Position numbers and translations under genes: made by a program. 64,000 bases of DNA, taken from NCBI GenBank assembly GCA_016618085.1, contig JABLTG010000017.1:1-64000 (forward strand), given 5' to 3'. Source of the stretch: Neovahlkampfia damariscottae. Taxonomy: Eukaryota. This document shows positions 56,421 to 64,000 of this stretch, piece by piece. Positions within the stretch are counted from its first letter, which is position 1, and every line of letters starts with the position of its first letter. The notes beneath the pieces are model-generated. The model worked only from the letters and a program-made list of their open reading frames with translations. It was not told the origin of the DNA and did no database searches.

Positions 56421-58944
56421 ATGTCCAAGATACAACATAACGAACGACTTAACATCATCCTGGAATTGCTTGAGACGGAGGAAAACTACACAGAACAACT
56501 CGGGTTGATTGATGTTGTAAGAAAAAAAATAAAAAAATTCACACAAAAAAAAAAAGGTTTACGCAAAAGGTCTCCGTGACAGTTTAGAAAATGACCCAAA
56601 ACCTATTATAAACAAAGATCATTATGTCAAAATTTTTGGCAGTATCTTAGTGATTCATGAATTAAATTTAAAATTATTTGATGCGCTGAAACTAGAAAGA
56701 GAAGAAGATAAAAAAGGTATGAAAAGAACTAAATCAATCGGTCAAATATTTTTGGAATTCGTAAATCATTGAAGTAAACTTCTAATTCTTGACTAGGCAC
56801 CTCAATTAAAAATTTATACAGTATTCTGTCAAGAATTTGACAATGTTTCAAAGTTGGTTTCTGAGCTACGACAGAAAGCAGCATTTGATGATTATTTATA
56901 TGACAGAAAATATGCACCTGAAAATAAACCAAAATACTCAATAGAATCATAGTAAAAACCAAAAAAAAAAAATTAAAAACAAAACACCAGTTTAATATTA
57001 CCTGTACAGAGAATTCCAAGATATGAATTATTATTAAGAGATTTATTAAAAAAAACAAGTAAATATCACAGCGATTATGAGCTATTACAAAAATCATTGG
57101 ATCAAATTCAAGTGACAGCAAATTATGTCAATGAAAATTTAGCTCTTTTTAAATCAAGAGAAAAAATGAGAGAAATTTCAAGAAAAATGTTGAATGTACC
57201 TGAAAACTTTTCTATTGTACAACCTTATCGTCGTTTGAATATTCAAATGAAATTTGAAAGATTATTTGTTTGTCCACCAAGTTCATCATCATCTCCTTCA
57301 AGTCAAGAAATTGAAATAATCACAAAAAAAGAAGAAATTATTTTTTTTCTGTTTTCTGATTTGCTGATAATAGGCGTTGAAAAAAAAGAAAAAAAAAGAG
57401 CCAATTATGTTTGGGTTTGTCATTATGATTTAGAAAAAAATCCATTTTGTTGGATTTATGATGTTAAAGATTTTAAAACGAAAATGGATGAAGAAGTCAA
57501 AAATGTTTTTTTATTCGTTACAGAAGATGAGACATATAATTTATTCTGTTCTTCTGAAGAAGAAAAACTAGAGTTTTACTTGGCTTTTCACAAAACGATG
57601 GATTTGATTGTTTCAAAAGTTGAACCAAAAACATTACAAAGAAGTGATATTATCACTAGAAAAATGATGATTCAAAAAATTGAAGATGAAAACTTCCAAA
57701 AGAAAAAAGTGAATAACGAAAAAAGAAAAAAATCAATCTTAAAAATGAATACAAAAATTAATCCAAAATTTACATTAAAATATCAAAACCATCCAAAAAG
57801 AGATGTTGAATTCTTATCAAATGAAGAAATTGAGGAGTTCCAAAAAGTTGAATACTCAGATGCTCTTTCTTTTTGTAGATCAAATGTAGAATATCAAGAG
57901 AATGAAGAATCATTACCAGATGAAATCTTTTTCAAAAAGAATGATTTATTCATGGTTATTAAAAAGGACATCAAAATAGGGAATCAAATCTGGTATGTTG
58001 TTAGTAAATTAGGTTTGAATTGTGATGACAAAAGAAAAATAGAAAAAGAACCAATGACACATTATAAACTGATAAAAGATGAAATGATGCAACAAATTCG
58101 ATTAAAATCAATACCTCCAATCTATAAAAAAATGGGTCAAAAAATACCAATAAACAAACAACCATTGAGTATTCTTTCATTCACAGAAAATCAAGATGGA
58201 ATTGAACGTCAATTTGAAAGCTTAAAAGATATTAGTTTTAATTCTCCGAACATTTCGAAATCACCTTCAATGACGAAACTTAAAAATTCTTTTTTGAAAG
58301 GTCATTCAAAATCAAAAAGTCAAGACAAAAACACATCTTCAGAACCTATTTTAGTTGGTGATATCATTGAAGTTGAATTTATTGAAGATTATCAAACTGA
58401 TGAATTTTGGAAAAATGTGACCAATTGTAACTTAGAAAAAGGTGAATGTGGTTTAATTCCATTGATATCTATCTTTGAATATCCAAAAGAATTAGAAGAA
58501 AAAATTTTAATGACTCTTGATGAAAGAGATGAAATGGAAGAAAAAAAAATACGTAATTTCAAATTGAAACATAAAAAAACACATGTAGAACAAAGAAAAT
58601 TAAAATTAGAAAAAATTGAAGAAGAAAAGTTCTTTTTGAATGAAACTAATTTGCTTGGGATGGAAATTTTACAAACTGCTCATCATTCCAGAAAAGGAAG
58701 GAGATCAATGGGATCAGATTCGTCTTATGATTATAAACAACAAGAAATTGAATTAAGAAAACTCAATGATTTGAGAAGGGCATCATCTTCTTCTTTTGGT
58801 GCTGTTAGATCAGGTTCACCTGGTACTTCTTCTCCGATTCACATAAATGAAAGTGTTGTTGGGAAACAAAGACAATCAGTTTCAACAGAATCAAGTGTAT
58901 CACGTCAATTCACTTCACTCTTTAGTAAATTCAAAAAAAAATAA
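56421..58944 (+). CDS. Dbl-family RhoGEF (DH-PH) with SH3-like segments, multi-exon
   Basis: IILELLETEENY, spliced SYLILPVQRIPRYELLL, PH motif FFLFSDLLII; three short introns in the DH region. Confidence 0.9.
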
Positions 58945-59322
58945 AAATTGATTATTTGCTTAATAAGAGACATATCTCTTTTTTCTGTGGTGCTTTGGGT
59001 CAGGGGTTTCAATATGTTTTTTTTTTTTTTTCTTCATCTTCATTCATAGCTTCCATAGTTGCAATTTTATTTTTCATATTCTTTTTGTTGCCTTCTCTAA
59101 TTTTTTGAAACAATCAACTTCAAAATAAGAATCATAATCAATTTCTTCTGATTTATGCCTTCCACAAGATTCAATTTCCATACTATCTTTTTGAATTTCA
59201 TCAAAATCTTCTTCATCTTCTAAATCCGAGTCTACATCCGGGTCTACATCAGAAATAGAGTTTCGGTTGTTTTGGAAATATTTTTTTCATCTTTTTAATA
59301 GCTTCGTCTTCAACTTTTATTT

Positions 59323-59600
59323 TCATTTCATAAGCCTTTTTTTAGAGTTTTTTTTTTTTACTTTTTCTTTAATTTTGTCAACTGGTATACAATCAAATTC
59401 TTTTTCTTTTTTTACAACATCTTCTACCAAAATCGTTTCATGAACAGGAGCTAAGTATTTTGGTTTGGATTTGCCATGCACTGTGTATCCTTTTAAAATT
59501 GACCATACTCGGTCTTCTAAAGTTTGGTAAGATATTTTATAATATGAAAGAATTTCTGTTTTCGAAATTTTGTTCTCTTCAGCAAAATGAATCAATATGT
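59323..59600 (-). pseudogene. Possible psq/CENP-B-type HTH remnant (pogo-like transposase N-terminus)
   Basis: YKISYQTLEDR...KYLAPVHETILVEDV...DKIKEKV resembles tandem HTH domains; no DDE domain or TIRs seen. Confidence 0.35.
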
Positions 59601-59643
59601 AAGCAGCTTGGAATAATATTTTAAATAGAAGAATAAATAACTT

Positions 59644-60363
59644 TTATTTTGATACTTCTAATGCTTTGACGAAATTGCTTTGAACAAATTGCCAATTAAC
59701 AATATTCCAGAATCCTTTTAAATAATCAGGACGACGATTTTGATGATCAAGATAATAAGCATGTTCCCAAATACTTTAAATAATTTTAAATTTTTTCTTC
59801 TTCTTACTCACAAGTAAGTAATGGAATTTTATTTTCTGTTAAAGGACAACTAGCATTAGGTCCTGTCCAAATACTTAATTTATTTCCATCATAAACAAGC
59901 CAACACCAACCACTTCCAAAAAGATTTACTGTTCTTTGTGTGAACTGAATGGTTTAGTATTCTTTTTAATTACTTCTTCTTTAAATTCTTCAAATGAACC
60001 AAATGATTTTTTGATTGATTCCATTAAAGAATCACATCCTTTGACATTTTCATTTGAGTTTGGTGTTAAACATTTCCAGTAAAATGAATGATTGAAATGT
60101 TGTGCTGCATTGTTGAAAATGGCAACTTGTTTTGAGTCAACAGCTGATTCCACAATAATTTTTTCAAGTGCTGAAGTTTCATAATTTGTTCCTTCAACAA
60201 GTTTGTTTAATTTGACAACATAACCATTATGATGCTTGTTATAATGATAGTCAAGTTGTTTAGCTGAGATACAAGGAGCAATACCATCTTTTGAACTATT
60301 AGAAAAGTTAAACAAACCTTCAATTGGGTAGTCAAGTTTTGGAAGTATGTGTTGTTGTTTCAT
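59644..60363 (-). CDS. sodB: Iron superoxide dismutase, multi-exon
   Basis: [24 protein letters not shown] (AAQ is Fe-type), FGSGWCWLV, spliced DIWEHAYY. Confidence 0.93.
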
Positions 60364-60461
60364 TTTGTGAGTTTTTTTTTTTAGTTTTGCCGAAGAAAAA
60401 TGATTGGACAGCCGGAACCAATCAAGTTTATCAAGAACACCGATGAACTCAGCCAATCATT

Positions 60462-61578
60462 TTAATTTGCATTTTCTTCATTTGTTATTTCTTTCATATA
60501 TTTTTCAATATTATCTTCAAAATTAAAATTCATTTTTGTGATTCCTTCACTCAAAATCTCTTCTTCATTTCTTTGATTTTCCATTTGTTTCATCAAAGAA
60601 ATAGTGCCTTTGGAGACCATCAAATCATCAAAATTCTTTATATACCAATTCAAAACATCTTTCTTTTTCTTTAATTTTTTTGATTTTATTAAATTTTCAA
60701 ATACATTCTTCAATAGAGATTCAATATTCATTCCATTTTTTTCCATTGTCTTTTTGACTAAATCATTGAACCATTTATATATTTTATAAAAGTTTTTCAA
60801 GTGCTCATCAAGTTTCACCTTGTAATTATTGATTTTTTCAATAAGTTTTTCAATTTCCTTTTTGGATTGATCCAATAAGACTTCATTCAATTTTTTGTTG
60901 GAATAAAAATTTTCTTGATTTTTGATGACTTCTTGTTGGTTTTTTAATTCAAAATTAAAAAAAAATAATAAATTTATAATTCCAATTGTGATTGTAATGA
61001 ATTTTAAAATTTCTTCTTTTTCTGGAAATTTTTGTTGAGCTAGGAGTTTCTTTTCAATGTTTACTTGTTGAATAATAATAAAATTCCGAAGACATCCTGA
61101 AATCATCCGTGAAGCATATAAAAAATTTTCTTCTTGAAAAATGTCGTCATTTGAAAACTCTAAAATGTCAATAGGCTCAATTTCTGACTTCTCTAGTATC
61201 TCATCTTTGAGCTTGAAAATTTTCTCCACTCCAAAATTTTTAGGTAACATCTTCTTTGAATAATTCAAAAGTTGCGAAAAATCAATTTTGTTTGAATAAT
61301 TTTTCTCTTCAGAATCTGGTAAATCTTCCAGTTTTTTCATGTTCTTGAAGATATAAATCAACAACGTTTCTTCATTTGGTTCTTGTTGAAGTATTTCTTG
61401 AAAGTCGTCAATGAAACCAGGAAATAGCATGTATTTCTCTAGATTTGACAACCAAAGAGGTCTTTCTATCTGTAATTCAGTATTTGCATCCCAAAACTTT
61501 CTTTTTTCTTCCTTTTTAAAATTAATTTTTTTTCCTTCGTACTTGGTCGTTTTTTAAAAAATTTTGAGTTTCTTCCAT
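60462..61578 (-). CDS. Hypothetical coiled-coil protein
   Basis: 329 aa open frame extending upstream; probable short first exon near 61578. Start uncertain. Confidence 0.55.
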
Positions 61579-61740
61579 GAATGATAACCAATCTAAAACA
61601 ATAACCAAACCTTGTTTTGAATGCAAACTTTTTATATGTTCAAGTTTTTCTCTTTGTTCTTCTTCTTCTAGTTCATACCATGCATCCAATGAAATCATCA
61701 AGAAAAAAAAAATGAAAAATGATGAAAAATTTTATGAAAT

Positions 61741-62380
61741 TTATGATTTAACTTTGTATGCTCTTGAAGCTCTTCTTCCTCTAGCTCTTTCAAAGTTGTT
61801 TCCTTTTGATCTAACATGAGGTTTTGCGTGTGATCCTGGTACACCTGGAGCTCCGTGATGTTTTTTCTTTTCGTCACTTCTATGTCCTTTGAATAATAAA
61901 GTACCTTTTCCTTCTGGTTTAATTTGTGCCAATTGATCAAAACTGAGACATTTTCCACCTGCTTCTTCGATTCTTCTTCTTGCAGTTTCAGTGAATTTTA
62001 AAGCACAGATTTGAAGTTTTGGTACTTCCATAACTCTTGAATCATTTGTAACTGTACCTACAACAACAGCGATTTTATCTGAAGCTCCTTTTCTGTTTTT
62101 CAAGAATTTTGCGATTCTTGCGACTGGAATTGGTCTTTTTAAAGCACGTGTTTGACCTAATCTTTTTAAAACAATTTTGTTAAATTTTGAGTCTGTTCTT
62201 CTGACAAGAAATGTGTACAACTAAAAATTATTTTTTAACTTTTTTTTTTTTTTACTTTAATCAATAAACGTGTGTAAATATCTGTAGTTTGTGGTTGTCT
62301 TTTTGAACTTGTGTTTCTTCCTCCAGCTACTAAATCAATACCCTTTTTTATTTTTAATGAAGAAAACACTTGCTTACCAT
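61741..62380 (-). CDS. RPL18: 60S ribosomal protein L18 (eL18), 3 exons
   Basis: ATG-only first exon, then [42 protein letters not shown]. Confidence 0.97.
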
Positions 62381-64000
62381 TTGTACTTTTTTGCTCTAAA
62401 AATTGTAGACCAATGAAAAGCTTTCTTTGAGATTTTTATTGTATCTCTTGATTGGTTGAAAATTTATTCTCCGTCAATTTTGAAAAACAAACAGAATTGG
62501 AACAAGAAACAGTTGGGATTATGTACAAATGAAGTCTGTTTTGTTATTCTTGGATCATTACCCAGTTTTAAAAATTTTTATTTTTTTTGTTCGGTCAAGG
62601 ACAACGTTGAAGAAGGTTGAACTGTTTTCATTTGTTTTTCAGAAGAAAAGAAAAATATAATCTTAATAAACAGAAAGAATAATTTATAACCCTATTTGAA
62701 ACCTTTGATGAAAAATCAGCGATCTAATGGTGTTGTTAAAAATTATGAAAGAAAAATCATAGTATTAATGTAGTCTGGAGAAAAATGATAAACAAGTTCC
62801 AAATTTAAAGATGAAAAAAAAAATAGAAATGATTTTCTTATTTTCTTGTAGAGGATAGTTTTTTAATTTTGAACTTGGAAAAGGATTTAAGGTAAAATCA
62901 AAATGTTAATTTTAATTTATTAAAATAGAATCATCACCAGTTCTTCTCTCCAAACAATTTCAAAAAAAAATTGGAGGTCATTAAATTTACTCTTCAAACA
63001 GAGCTTTTTAGACAACTCGAAAACACAAGAGCCACAGTCGGTCATTCTTTAAGAAAATCAAAGATAATAAAAGAATTTTTTATTACAATTGAAGAAATCG
63101 TCTTTATCATAGATTGAAAATTCAACAATTAAATTTTAATCCATCTGTAAATCTGAACGAATATTATATTTCAAAATTGATATATTTTACTTTAATCCTC
63201 TTCATTTCAACAGCTTTTTTTTTGGTGATAAGACTGAATCAAATTCCTGAACTTTGTCTACAAAAACTTTGCTCTTATGCAAACAAGAACATCTTTTTTT
63301 TTCAAGTAGACTTCATAATCTTTTTTTTTTTTTCAATACCTGACGTATAGGTCACTGATTTTTGAACTTCTGTGAAAGTAAAAATCATTTTCTAATATTC
63401 TTCAGTTTGTTCATATTTGAGTTTGATAAAGTTAAAAAAAGAGTGCAAATCTCAGATTTGTTTTTGTTCATGTTTCTTGTGAGTGTTTTTGTAATTCCTA
63501 TGTCAAAATGGATCTCCAATAAATAAAATTGGTGTATGAATCTATTGCGTAAAATTGTTTTTGGTTTCATTCAAATTTGCAATTCATGCTTTTCGGTTAG
63601 GTTTTCAATTGGCGGGATATTTTTGTCCAATGAGTGAAAGTGAACATTAAATTCTTTAATTGATGGGTGAAGTGAAAGAAAAATTACTTGAAGAACTGAA
63701 CTAAGAAAAAAAAAAACAATTCAAGAAATAGTTATGTTTGCATTAAAAAACGAGTAATTATCAAAACGAAAAATATGCCAAAAAATATATTTTCAAAACA
63801 ATTACAAAATTGATCATATGAAGATTTCACAAACTTATCCATCGAAAAATATTTTCATCTTGATAATGCAAAAGAGGTTTAGGTTGGAAATACAAAATAA
63901 TGAAAAGAAACAAATAAATTTATTTTAATTTGCACCAAATAACTAAATTTATTCTTTCTCCAGATATCAATCTATTAGCACCATGAACCTTTTAAAAAAT

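Noticed and set aside
62450..64000. Gene-poor stretch with coding-like fragments (possible decayed gene)
   Set aside because: I could not build a consistent spliced frame or recognise a family.

Overview
AT-rich, gene-dense eukaryotic nuclear DNA with tiny spliceosomal introns (~30-40 nt), which is why the ORF track splits many genes. RGS fusions and DUF4116-like repeats suggest a free-living amoeboid protist, possibly a heterolobosean (inference). About 30 protein genes can be reconstructed, including a secreted cyanophycinase, a giant TPR/WH2 protein, two calmodulin-like genes, Vps16, a synapsin-like protein, SZT2, a pseudokinase, a GlpC-type Fe-S oxidoreductase, an RGS-AIFM2 fusion, nitroreductase, a RUN protein, a bacterial-type PARG, copine, RsmJ, ribokinase, a RhoGEF, Fe-SOD and RPL18, plus tRNA-Pro(TGG). 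Main discovery: an ankyrin-repeat gene (54135-55895) contains a 35-nt tandem array that parses as 17 near-identical GT-AG introns, each followed by a variable single-codon phase-0 microexon (K Y F D K F D Y F Y K D H Y K H H) in an ankyrin loop. This is a candidate combinatorial receptor-diversification system. Second: bases 1-~1237 look like the right end of an endogenous Polinton-like virus (packaging-ATPase-like tail, two divergent tRNA genes, a small membrane ORF, and a CTACTACTCT terminus). All family assignments come from motif recognition by eye; no searches were run.
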